Made by a program: the position numbers and the translations under genes. The notes beneath the pieces are model-generated. The model ran no database searches, was not told the DNA's origin, and saw only the letters and a program-made list of their open reading frames with translations. This document shows positions 19,948 through 50,837 of a stretch of 64,000 nt of DNA, in pieces. Each line of letters begins with the position of its first letter. Position 1 is the stretch's first letter. The DNA is from Candidatus Gottesmanbacteria bacterium (GTDB taxonomy: Bacteria; Patescibacteriota; Microgenomatia; UBA10105; UBA927): contig CAVQFA010000005.1 of NCBI GenBank assembly GCA_963711735.1, forward strand, positions 7,525 through 71,524. The letters are read 5' to 3'.

Positions 19948-20448
19948 ATGAAAAAAGAAAAAGGATTTACACTTATTGAAATACTCGTTTCAATATCCAT
20001 CATGGCGCTGGTGCTGATTATTGCCATTCCGAACTTCGTATCCGCACGCGCACGCGCCCGTGACTCAAAAAATAAACAGGAAGCGAGAGAATTGAAAAGT
20101 GCCGTCCGGATGTACTATAACGATTATCAAACATACCCCGATGATGATGCCGGTGGCATATTAGGATGTGGCGCAAACGGTACAACCGCGTGCAGTTGTG
20201 CAGATACCTATAACTTTGCTGCAGGAGGGTCAGGATCAGACGTTGTCTATATGAAAACATTTCCTTCGGCATTCTGTGCAAATCCAATGACAATGCAGTA
20301 TTACCAACTTGATGATGCCGGTGAAACGTTTTGTATCAGAGTACCACTTGAAAACACCGGTGATCCTGATATAGCAACAAGCATGACGCAATGCTCTTCT
20401 TCCTGTCCCAACAGCATCGGTGCTTTTTATACTGTGTGTGAAGATTAA
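19948..20448 (+). CDS. Type IV pilin-like protein (short, no PT tail).
   Basis: KKEKG|FTLIEILVSISIMALVLIIAIPNF leader, VRMYYNDYQTYPDDDAG motif, several Cys. 166 aa. Confidence 0.85.
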   Translation: MKKEKGFTLIEILVSISIMALVLIIAIPNFVSARARARDSKNKQEARELKSAVRMYYNDYQTYPDDDAGGILGCGANGTTACSCADTYNFAAGGSGSDVVYMKTFPSAFCANPMTMQYYQLDDAGETFCIRVPLENTGDPDIATSMTQCSSSCPNSIGAFYTVCED

Positions 20449-20648
20449 ACCCCCACGTAAGAAGTTCAGATCCTCATTACGTTAGATAAAGTTATATCAT
20501 TGTGAGAAAGAGAATCTTCATTTTGTATATTTCCTTTCACTTTAATTTATTTATAGATATGCATAAAGAAAAAATATAAACCAATATCCTTGTGTAACTT
20601 TACTTACTCGCCGGGAACTTACATACAATTCACGAGATAGTAAAACTT

Positions 20649-41228
<20,580 letters not shown>

Positions 41229-41829
41229 AGAGGTTCCTCTATATACTAGTAAAACCCATTAATAATAAGCTTGTCAAGAGTCTGTCGAGGTTGAGGTGAT
41301 GTAGATGAGTAGTAGAGAGATATGTAAGCGTGAACGCAGTTATTGTGCAGAAATCATACCATTAATGAATATTTCACATATTCCCGCATAATAAGAAATA
41401 GCCATAAATAACAATATAAAATATAATCAATCTACAATTATAATTGATTAAATATAGATGTTATTACTGTCCGTTATTTCTTAGGCATTATTGCATTTCA
41501 TGATAAATGCGGAAATCAAAAAAAGCATCATAATGGGCTATATTTGCTCTTTAACCCATAATATTGATATTTCATACCTTATAGTATTTATTCCTTCAAA
41601 GACTACACATTTTGATTACATATACCCAAAAGCGTGTTATTAGGCTGATTTATCATTCACAATGCTTGATTGCTACATTTTCTTAAACACCTACAAGCGT
41701 GCTTCCGCCTGTCATTTTTTCTAAGTACACATAAATAAAAGGGAAGAGCGAGGCTATATTATTTAAATGGGATATAGTGTATAAACAGTCTTTATTCCGC
41801 ATTTTCGAACGATTTTACGTAGGTTCCAG

Positions 41830-44536
41830 ATGCAGCCGATATTCAATTGCTATATAATAGAAATCATGAAATCTCCAAATTCTTCATACAATCATGAATC
41901 GGTTGAAGCTGAATGGCAGAAAGCCTGGCAGCGTATAGCACTGGATACGGCGGATATAAACAACGCAAAACGGCCGTACTTTAACCTGATGATGTTTCCG
42001 TACCCGTCAGCTGAGGGGCTCCATGTCGGAAATATGTATGCCTTCACCGGCAGCGATATCAACGGCAGGTTTAAAAGGATGCAGGGGTACGATGTGTTTG
42101 AGCCTATCGGTTTAGACGGGTTCGGGATCCATAGTGAAAATTATGCACTGAAAATAGGGAGACATCCTGCCGATCATGCTGTTATTACAGAGCAAAACTT
42201 CTATAAACAGCTGCACACGATAGGTGCAATGTTTGACTGGACGAGGACAGTGGAGACATATGATCCCGGATACTACTCCTGGACGCAATGGCTCTTTGTA
42301 CAGATGTTTAAACACGGACTTGCATACAGAACTAAGGCAAAAGTCAATTATTGTCCCGGATGTAAGACCGTTGTTGCGGACGAACAAGTAATTGATGGTG
42401 TTTGTGAGCGTTGCGGGAATAAAATAGAAAAAAGACTATTGGAACAATGGTTTTTTAGAATTACCGCATATGCGGAGAAACTCCTTTCAAACATTCCCGC
42501 ACTTGATTGGTCAGAAGTTGTGAAAACCGCACAGACCCATTGGCTCGGAAAAAAAGAAGGGATAGAAATTACATACCCGGTGGTTGATACCTATAGTAGT
42601 GATATTGGATGGATTTCTTGTTTTACCACACGTCCCGACACCAATTTTGGTGCTACTTTTGTCGTTATAGCGCCTGAACACCCTTTTGTCAGTCATATGA
42701 TGTCAGTGCTGGACAACGCAAAGCGCGATGAGATAGGCCGTTACATAGAAGAAGCATTAAAAAGATCAGATCAGGAGCGTATCAGCGAGGGGAGGAAAAA
42801 AACAGGCGTTTCTACCGGCCTGTTTGCTATCAATCAGCTGAACGGCTCCAGGATGCCTCTGTATGTCTCCGATTTTGTCCTCATGGGGTTTGGGACCGGT
42901 GCAGTTGTCGGTGTTCCCGGACATGACCTCCGGGATTTCGAATTTGCCCAAGAGTTCCATATTCCTGTTATCCGTGTGGTTGTCGGAGAAGACGGAGTAA
43001 AGGCTCCGATAACTTCTTCAGACCAGGTGCAGGAAGATGATGGTATCATGACGAATTCTGAATTTTTGAACGGTATGGATATACATACGGCAACGAACCG
43101 GATGATGGATTATCTGGAGCAAAAAGGGTGGGGGAAGCGTGTCACGACATACCATCTGCGCGATTGGATAGTCAGCCGTCAAAGATACTGGGGTCCGCCG
43201 ATACCGATGATCTATTGTGCTTCATGTGCCAAAGCAGGGAAAAGCTGGTTTACGACAAAGGAAGCATCCGATTATCAATCAAACAAGATAAGCGCCAGAA
43301 ATTTTCCGGATCATCATGCCGGTATAAATACAGAATCTGAAGCTAAAAAAGAGGCATATCAGGAGGATGCCACAGGTGATATATCCTATAACATGAATGG
43401 GTGGTATCCGGTGTCCGAGAAGGATCTTCCCCTGATTTTACCCAAAATCGATGATTATAAACCGGGAGACGATGGTGTGGCTCCGCTTGCCAAACACAAA
43501 GAGTTTTATGAAACAAAATGTCCTGGCTGCGGAGGATCGGCTGTTCGGGAAACAGATGTATCTGATACATTCTTAGATAGTTCGTGGTATTTTTTACGAT
43601 ATCCGTCCGTTCAACGCACTGATCTATCCTTTGATCCGACAATAACCAAAAAATGGCTTCCGGTTTCCATGTATACCGGCGGGGCAGAGCATAGTGTTTT
43701 GCACCTTCTCTATTCACGCTTTGTCACGATGGCACTCCATACCTGGGGGTATGTAGATTTTGATGAACCGTTTCCGGTCATTTTACGCGCATGGTCTTGT
43801 TATCAAAGACGGTGCGAAGATGAGTAAGTCAAAAGGAAATGTAGTCACTCCGGATGAGTATATAAAAACATATGGTTGTGATGCACTTCGACTCTATTTG
43901 ATGTTTATGGGTCCTTTTTCCCAGGGCGGAGATTTCCGTGATACATCGATGGAAGGTATGGCGAGGTGGATCGGCAGGGTGTGGCGGATGGGTGTAGCGA
44001 GTATCGAAAAAAGAAATGAGAAAGACGGACAGAAGGATAAAGATCTGGAACGTGCGATGAATAAGCTTATTCAAAAAATAACTGATGATGCAGAGAAACG
44101 TCGGTACAACACGGCAATTGCCTCAATGATGGAGTACACAAATACGGTTGCCGATTCCGGTGGCACTCTGCCGGGTCCATTGCTTGAAAAATTTCTCCTT
44201 ATTCTCGCGCCCTTTGCGCCGTTTATCACTGAGGAATTATGGCAACGGATGCACGGGAAGACCGGTACAATGATCACAAAGAAAGATTCTATACATTCCC
44301 AACCCTGGCCGACAGCCGGGAAGGTTGATACTTCGGGGGAAACCGTCACCGTGATTGTGCAGGTTAACGGCAAACTCCGGGACAGACTGATACTTCCCAG
44401 AACTGATGCTGAAAATAAAACAAAATTGCAGGCTGCAGCGCTTTCTGCCGGTGGTGCCCGCACGTACCTTTCTAAAGGGAAGCTGACAAAGACGATTGTT
44501 GTCCCCGGCAAACTCGTGAACTTCGTTGTTTTGTAA
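41830..44536 (+). CDS. leuS: Leucyl-tRNA synthetase, split into ORFs 41830..43827 and 43760..44536 by a 1-nt frameshift near 43770-43780.
   Basis: N-terminal FNLMMFPYPSAEGLHVGNMYAFTGSDINGRFKRMQGYDVFEPIGLDGFGI is the class I HIGH region. The second ORF carries KMSKSKGNVV. At the junction ...GYVDFDEPF|PVILRAW versus MMNRFRSFYAHGLVIKDGAKMSKS, removing one C from gaaccgtttCCggtc restores EPFRSFYAHGLVIKDG. Confidence 0.9.
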
Positions 44537-44607
44537 GACGCAAAAATCTTTCAGGCGAACAATTTTTCCACTGGCAGGAGGCTGTATTTTATGTTTTACT
44601 AATCCTA

Positions 44608-45306
44608 ATGGACCTGCCCGGAAATCTCAACGACCCTAGTGGTGAGGGGAATGTACTTTCTCAGTATAAAATACCGATACTGCTCGGAGGAGTCAGCATT
44701 CTTTCCGTCATCATTGCCATCATTCTTCTTGTCCGGACGACCCAAAGTACCGATCCGATCAGTTTTTCCGATATAGAAGGGGATATTGCGGGTGTAAAAA
44801 CACAGTCGATAACGGTGGATATCGAAGGGGGAGTAGTACAGCCCGGTGTTTACACGCTGCCGGTAAATTCACGGGTAGAGGATGCAATTCTCAAAGCCGG
44901 TGGTCTTTCCGGGGATGCGGACACGGAAACGATCGCTAAAGCACTCAACCGCGCACAAATACTGGGGGATGGAGTGAAGCTTTTCATACCGAAAACGAAT
45001 ACCGACACGACATCGCACAATGTAGATTCTGCGACACGTACGAACGTATCACTTGATCCGGCGCTATTATCCGCAGCCGGATCCGGGTCGCAAAACATGC
45101 TTATACAGGATGGGACTTCTGTGAATATTCTTGTTAGCATTAACACCGCTGATGCAACTTCGCTTGATTCTCTGCCCGGAGTCGGTCCGGCAACAATTGC
45201 CAAGATTATAGCAGGCAGACCGTATGGGTCTTTGGAAGAGCTCGTGAGTAAAAAGGCAGTCGGCAAGGCGACATTTGCCAAAATTCAGGCTCTTATTAGT
45301 TTATAG
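44608..45306 (+). CDS. comEA: ComEA-like competence DNA-binding protein (N-terminal TM, SLBB domain, C-terminal tandem helix-hairpin-helix).
   Basis: TM ILLGGVSILSVIIAIILLV. SLBB-like VDIEGGVVQPGVYTLPVNSRVEDAILKAGG. HhH NINTADATSLDSLPGVGPATIAKIIAGRPYGSLEEL. Confidence 0.8.
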   Translation: MDLPGNLNDPSGEGNVLSQYKIPILLGGVSILSVIIAIILLVRTTQSTDPISFSDIEGDIAGVKTQSITVDIEGGVVQPGVYTLPVNSRVEDAILKAGGLSGDADTETIAKALNRAQILGDGVKLFIPKTNTDTTSHNVDSATRTNVSLDPALLSAAGSGSQNMLIQDGTSVNILVSINTADATSLDSLPGVGPATIAKIIAGRPYGSLEELVSKKAVGKATFAKIQALISL

Positions 45307-45458
45307 CATTGGGACGGTCTATATACGACCCTCCAGGATGCCCCAGGAAGGCTGATTTTACCGGTACCGGTTATATGATTCACAATTTAGATATCCGGAT
45401 GATTACATCATACTAAAATGAACATTCATATCCGATACCGTACAACATACAACCTACA

Positions 45459-46358
45459 ATGCTTATGATATCCATTTCCGATGTCACTCTCCGCATTGCC
45501 CAGTTTCTGCCCGAACCGCACGCAGGACTTTTATCCGGCATTCTTTTCGGTGCGAAAGCAGACATCCCGCGCGATCTTTATGATGCACTTGTGACGACCG
45601 GAACGCTCCATATAGTCGCGTTGTCAGGAACCAATATTACCATTATGACGACACTTGTCAGTCTCTCCCTCCTGTGGATTGTTTCGAGAAGAATAGCGAG
45701 TTTGCTAACGATTATAATTATTATAGGTTTTATATGGTTTGTCGGTCCATCTCCAAGTGTTATACGGGCCGCCATTATGGGCTGTATTGCACTTCTCGGA
45801 GTCATATTCGGTCGTTCCGTGTGGGCATTTTGGAGTTGGATTATTGCTATCTTCGCGATGCTTGTATTTGATATATCTAACGGTACGGATATATCCTTTC
45901 AGCTGTCGGTTTTTGCGACGCTTGGTATGATTCTCTATGGAGGTGAAAAGAAAAAACTGCATCACAGTACCCTACTGCCTGTTACTTCTCAAGTTTCAAA
46001 CCAGCCTCCCTTAGGAAGTTTCGCGTCTCAGCTAATTTCGTCCGTAAATGTTATTGTACAGAGCCTCAAAGATACGCTCAGGACAGACCTTCGGCTTACG
46101 CTCGCTGCGCAGGTTTTCACCATTCCCATCATACTGTTTCATTTTCACCGTATAAGTCTCATCTCCCCACTTCCGAATCTCGCAATCGGCTGGATACTCC
46201 CACCGCTTACCATGATGGGGTTTATTATGGTGCTTTGTAGTTTGATCTGGTATCCGCTTGGATATGCTACAGCGTGGATTTGCTGGCTGGCTTTGGATTA
46301 CGTGATCCGCGTGGTTTTCTTTTTCTCTTCCGTTCCGTTTGCATCGCTTGGATGGTAG
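45459..46358 (+). CDS. comEC: ComEC/Rec2 N-terminal membrane (competence channel) domain. It ends at an in-frame TAG (46356-46358) that separates it from the MBL domain ORF in the same frame.
   Basis: LSGILFGAKADIPRDLYDALVTTGTLHIVALSGTNITIM is the ComEC competence-domain signature. Multiple TM helices. Confidence 0.8.
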   Translation: MLMISISDVTLRIAQFLPEPHAGLLSGILFGAKADIPRDLYDALVTTGTLHIVALSGTNITIMTTLVSLSLLWIVSRRIASLLTIIIIIGFIWFVGPSPSVIRAAIMGCIALLGVIFGRSVWAFWSWIIAIFAMLVFDISNGTDISFQLSVFATLGMILYGGEKKKLHHSTLLPVTSQVSNQPPLGSFASQLISSVNVIVQSLKDTLRTDLRLTLAAQVFTIPIILFHFHRISLISPLPNLAIGWILPPLTMMGFIMVLCSLIWYPLGYATAWICWLALDYVIRVVFFFSSVPFASLGW

Positions 46359-46373
46359 TTTTGCATCTCTTCT

Positions 46374-47405
46374 TTGACTCTTCCCTCACGAATCTTTACT
46401 CTTATATATATGTTCCGTCTCCGCACAGGGTACCTTATCTCCGGAATTGCAACAGGAGTTATGATTCTCTTCTCGTTTCTCAATTCTTTACCTGACGGGA
46501 AGCTCCATATGGTGTTTTGTAATGTCGGTCAGGGTGATGCCGCGTACATACGTTTTCCGGACGGGAGGGATGCTCTTATCGACGGAGGTCCGAATAACTC
46601 GGTTTTGGCGTGCCTGGGGAGGCACATGCCGTTTTGGGACCGGACGCTTGATCTCGTCATCCTCACACATCCGGAAAAAGATCACATGAACGGTGTAATC
46701 AGCGTTTTGAGTCGTTACAACGTTATAAGTCTCGTCCGGAGTGATGTGTCGGCAGGGACGGAGGGATTTACGAAATTTGAAGACATCATCCGGCAAAAGC
46801 GTATACCGGTGAAGTTAGCCTCACGGGGACTCACGATGCGTGTCGGATCAGTCTCCCTTTTTACCATCTGGCCGTCCTCGGAGTATATCGCCCGGATAAA
46901 ACAGGACAATTCATCCGTCGGGTATATATCATCTGTCTCACCTCGGGTTCTGGGTGCGACTATAACCAATCTCAATGATGCAAGTGTTGTTTTACATCTC
47001 AGGTACGGGCTGTTTGATGCGTTTCTGCCGGGGGATGCTGATGCGGAAGTAGATCCGGGGATACTGTCAGGTATGCCCGTCATTCCCGACGGGCTTGAGG
47101 TTCTCAAAGTACCGCATCATGGGAGTAAAGCAGGGATGACCGACAGCCTCATTTCCCGTTTATACACAAGTACGGCTTCCGGGGGCGGCTATTTACAAAG
47201 CAAGAACAGTTCACAGCCTCTGGCAGTTGTTTCTGTCGGCAAAAACTCCTACGGCCACCCAAGTTCCGAAATGGTTGCCAAATTAGAAAAAAAGGGAGTG
47301 AGGATTGTGAGAACCGACCTGTCCGGTGACATAGAGATTATCTCCGACGGTCGTATATGGAAGGTAGGGACGCAGAAAGTTACTTCCTCACCCACCAATC
47401 TTTAA
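46374..47405 (+). CDS. comEC: ComEC C-terminal metallo-beta-lactamase domain.
   Basis: MVFCNVGQGDAAYIRFPDGRDALIDGGP, LVILTHPEKDHMNG, VLKVPHHGSKAG. Same reading frame as 45459..46358. Reading through the TAG gives W*FCISSLTLPSRIF.... Confidence 0.8.
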   Translation: MTLPSRIFTLIYMFRLRTGYLISGIATGVMILFSFLNSLPDGKLHMVFCNVGQGDAAYIRFPDGRDALIDGGPNNSVLACLGRHMPFWDRTLDLVILTHPEKDHMNGVISVLSRYNVISLVRSDVSAGTEGFTKFEDIIRQKRIPVKLASRGLTMRVGSVSLFTIWPSSEYIARIKQDNSSVGYISSVSPRVLGATITNLNDASVVLHLRYGLFDAFLPGDADAEVDPGILSGMPVIPDGLEVLKVPHHGSKAGMTDSLISRLYTSTASGGGYLQSKNSSQPLAVVSVGKNSYGHPSSEMVAKLEKKGVRIVRTDLSGDIEIISDGRIWKVGTQKVTSSPTNL

Positions 47406-48879
47406 GATCAGGCATCCGGCGGAAATTCGCGTACAGGTAATCCAGCGTGTTGATCGGTGTAAACCACGTTTCATAGTCACTCATGATGATGTACTCCACC
47501 CTCTCCCTTTTCCAGAAAGTTATCTGGTCTTCATAGCGAGCGCGCACCTGGGGTGCCACTTCAGGCAGAAATATTCCGTACGGCACATGGTAGGTGAATG
47601 ATCGAAACCAATAACCCGGATATATCCGCGCTTCCGCCGGGATTTTACTCCATATTGCTTTAACGTCCCGGATGCCTCCGTCCGAACCCATGTTTGAGCG
47701 AACTATATTTGCAACACTTGCAGACCTGACAGGAAAACTGATTAGAATTATGAAAATGGCTGTTACAACAACTCCGAAGATCATTGGTTTCGTCCGCGTT
47801 TCCATTATCCGTCCGAGCGCATACGAAGCAATAATACCGGCAAAAAGTACATGTGGTTGGTAATACTGGACAAACGCATTTTTAATCGTGAGGATGAGCC
47901 CAAGCTGTCCGACAAGCGAAAGTGTGATTACAGCCGGAAAGACCATCTCCCCTCTTTTTTTACGGATATTCAATAACCATTGCAGCAAACCTGCCATAAC
48001 GAGTATCGGAAGAGCATACGCAGCGAGTATCCAATGGTACGGTTTTCCCGGAAGGCCGAATATGAGATTGTTGTCCGGACGGTAAAAAAAGCCAAAGCGG
48101 ATCGGATTACCTATGGCTCCGGTCTGGCGGACAGCATCAACAACAACGCTTGTTGCCATAACCTGAAATGATCCCCGGATAAAGAAATATCCGCCGAACA
48201 GGAGGAATGGAAGGAGAAATCCGACAATGAGAATGCCAAGATTCATAATTTTCCTTGTTATGATGAGCCAAAGGGCAAAAAGCATGAGGGTAGCGGAGGC
48301 TGCAGGAAGGATCTTAACGGATGTTATGAGTCCGGTCCCAAAGAGGATGCCTGCAATCAGCCAGGATGCGGCTTTCTGTTTCTTTACCGCAACAGACGAA
48401 AAATAAAGGCCCGCCATCCAGAGTGTCAGCATGATGTTATCTGGCCGTATCTGCATACCGGAGAAGGTGGAAAACGGATCAAGGAGAAGGAGCACAACGA
48501 GTATCCATCCGGTCCGTACGCCCCAAACGTTGCGGGCAAAAAACCACGCGAAAGTAAGTCTCAGCAGGTAAAAAAGAATCATTATGATACGGGCTTTATA
48601 TACCGTATCAAACGAAAAACCAAAGACGGTAAAAAGCGGAACGAGGATCCAATGAAGTATCGGTGTACAAAACATCCAAAGATCTGTAAACAATTTTTGG
48701 CCACGGGCTATAAGATAGACGTACTGCACATGCACCATTTCATCGCCAAAGAACGAAAACCAGTAACCGGATCTCACAACGCCGGAGAGCAGATATAAAG
48801 CCAGAGCTATCCAGGAGGTTGTTTCTATTATTTGGATGACTTTCCGGACACGCATATGCTTTCCGTCTATTTTCTCCAT
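47380..48879 (-). CDS. GT-C fold membrane glycosyltransferase (ArnT/PMT-like), paralog of 10056..11603.
   Basis: 499 aa, more than 10 TM. FGDEMVHVQYVYLIARGQKLFTDLWMFCTPILHWILVP mirrors FDADEYAHMHWAAKILEGKRPYIDFLTFFTPVFHWILSP. Confidence 0.6.
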   Translation of the reverse strand: MEKIDGKHMRVRKVIQIIETTSWIALALYLLSGVVRSGYWFSFFGDEMVHVQYVYLIARGQKLFTDLWMFCTPILHWILVPLFTVFGFSFDTVYKARIIMILFYLLRLTFAWFFARNVWGVRTGWILVVLLLLDPFSTFSGMQIRPDNIMLTLWMAGLYFSSVAVKKQKAASWLIAGILFGTGLITSVKILPAASATLMLFALWLIITRKIMNLGILIVGFLLPFLLFGGYFFIRGSFQVMATSVVVDAVRQTGAIGNPIRFGFFYRPDNNLIFGLPGKPYHWILAAYALPILVMAGLLQWLLNIRKKRGEMVFPAVITLSLVGQLGLILTIKNAFVQYYQPHVLFAGIIASYALGRIMETRTKPMIFGVVVTAIFIILISFPVRSASVANIVRSNMGSDGGIRDVKAIWSKIPAEARIYPGYWFRSFTYHVPYGIFLPEVAPQVRARYEDQITFWKRERVEYIIMSDYETWFTPINTLDYLYANFRRMPDLKDWWVRK

Positions 48880-48914
48880 TTATGGGTGTTAGCGCAAGAA
48901 TGGGTTTTCAGGGT

Positions 48915-49391
48915 TTACTGATGTGATCTTTCTGCACCTGTCTGTATGTTATACAACATAGCAGTTTCAAGCACCATGGAAAGAGCATACCGGTAAAATG
49001 TAGTCGATTTGGTTGGACGCGCTGATAGCCGATTATACTCATCTGTAATCCATTGTATTCCCCGCGGTGTTAATACCAGAATCGGGAGTTTCGATTCCAG
49101 CTCATCTGTAAATCGGTTTTCTCTCGTTTGGAAGTACTTTATGTATGGTTCTTCGGTATTCGTGATTTCCGGTATGGCTCTTTGTATCCGTAGAACTGCC
49201 TTGCTTGCACGGATTTTAGCTGCGGGAGGTTCATATCCTTCAATGCGTAAATTCTTTATATACATTTGAAATAATACGAGATTGATAGGGAGATGGTCAG
49301 GATATTGCCGTACGAACGATTCCATTTTAGCCATGAAAGCTCCATCCGGTACATAATGTACCTCGATTATCTGTTCCTTTTTTGCTGTCAT
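48915..49391 (-). CDS. Hypothetical protein.
   Basis: 158-aa ORF with no recognisable motif. Confidence 0.35.
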   Translation of the reverse strand: MTAKKEQIIEVHYVPDGAFMAKMESFVRQYPDHLPINLVLFQMYIKNLRIEGYEPPAAKIRASKAVLRIQRAIPEITNTEEPYIKYFQTRENRFTDELESKLPILVLTPRGIQWITDEYNRLSARPTKSTTFYRYALSMVLETAMLYNIQTGAERSHQ

Positions 49392-49613
49392 AGTAAGGAA
49401 TTCTAATGCATAGGGAAGAGAAAGTAAAAAATACGGATATACCCAGTGGAAAATTTCTGGTTATTTTTCTTAAAAAATATCTATTTAAGGATGGACATAG
49501 GTTATGATGCAATTGGGTTGTCAGAAGAGGAAATATTAGATCCGGTTATATCATATATGCAACACAAAAAATCCTCTCTGCGGGGTTCTTTTTTATATTT
49601 GAATAAACAGCTC

Positions 49614-50642
49614 TCAATTGCAGATTCCCGAGACACATCCGATCGGACATTGCGGATTTGCAACCGCTCCATTGATGATCGGATAATCCCGTACCCACAG
49701 ATCGCCGTTTTCCAGCCACAAGCTGTTAAACAAACGCGGTACTCCGTATAGGTTATTCGGAGCAACAAGGTCAGATTGTGTCGCAACACGTGCTGTTCCG
49801 GGCAAACCGATTTGTTTTCTTGTCCGTACTGCCCATGTTGGTGTTGGTCCGGACCCGTCTACCGGCATGCTTTTTATAGCTGCAATATCTCCTTCAAACC
49901 AGAGCGTTTTGATGAATGTGTTGCCGACGCGTACTTCAGACATAGCCGTGACATTCTTATTTGCTACTTCAGTAGGCAAATCGCTGAATCGAGCGAGTAT
50001 CCATTTCCCGAATGAGTTCGTTTGCGTATTGTATGTACGCTGGAACATTTTTTGGAATGTCTGGAAATTGCCGTACAGACCCGATACCCAGACCGTCTGG
50101 TAGAGTATTGTGGATGTGCCCGGTGTATACCCCATAAAGTCAGATGCGGCATCGATTCTCAATGATTCGGGCATATAGTTTGGCACTGCCGCTAATACCG
50201 AAGGGATGATATTGAGCCTCGCGATCGGATTAGATAGTGCAGTCCAGTTTGCATTTGGTGTATTTGCCCATTCAGACCACACGTTGTAGCGTTGGTCCGT
50301 CGGTATATTTGTTTCACGGATATATAACTGCATTCCGGTTGATTTATCAAAACGGTAAATTGCCTGGTGCAGTTTGCCTCCGAAGATACTGTCTGTTTGT
50401 GCCGTTATAGTACCGGTTCCCGGAAGTCGTATGGACGGCACACTCGCAGTTCGTTTGACCCAGGGCATAGCGCATACCGGTGCAAAGCCGGATGCACGCG
50501 ACCGGGTATCAGTATTCCCTTTCTGCACCACCTGCATTGTTACAGCTATAATACCCAAAAGTACCGCAATGAAAACGAGCGGCATGATGAGAGACATAGG
50601 CGATTTGAATGCAGATTTCGTAATTTTCTTCATTTTTGCCAT
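49614..50642 (-). CDS. Hypothetical secreted or membrane-anchored protein (N-terminal signal anchor).
   Basis: N-terminal MSLIMPLVFIAVLLGIIAVTMQVV followed by 300 aa rich in W/Y/N/T and several Cys. Confidence 0.4.
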   Translation of the reverse strand: MAKMKKITKSAFKSPMSLIMPLVFIAVLLGIIAVTMQVVQKGNTDTRSRASGFAPVCAMPWVKRTASVPSIRLPGTGTITAQTDSIFGGKLHQAIYRFDKSTGMQLYIRETNIPTDQRYNVWSEWANTPNANWTALSNPIARLNIIPSVLAAVPNYMPESLRIDAASDFMGYTPGTSTILYQTVWVSGLYGNFQTFQKMFQRTYNTQTNSFGKWILARFSDLPTEVANKNVTAMSEVRVGNTFIKTLWFEGDIAAIKSMPVDGSGPTPTWAVRTRKQIGLPGTARVATQSDLVAPNNLYGVPRLFNSLWLENGDLWVRDYPIINGAVANPQCPIGCVSGICN

Positions 50643-50837
50643 AACATATCACCTCCTTATATATTTAGGATCTACTATCAGAATGAAGGAGTTATAGTAC
50701 GTTGTCAAGAAGTGTGAAGAATCAGACATGGGGATGATTCCATGCATGAGCTATAAGAATGTGTTTGGGGCATCAGGTGTCTTTTCTCACCAATAAAATT
50801 GTTCCGGATAAAGGCGGTAGAATAAAAAGCTGAAAAC

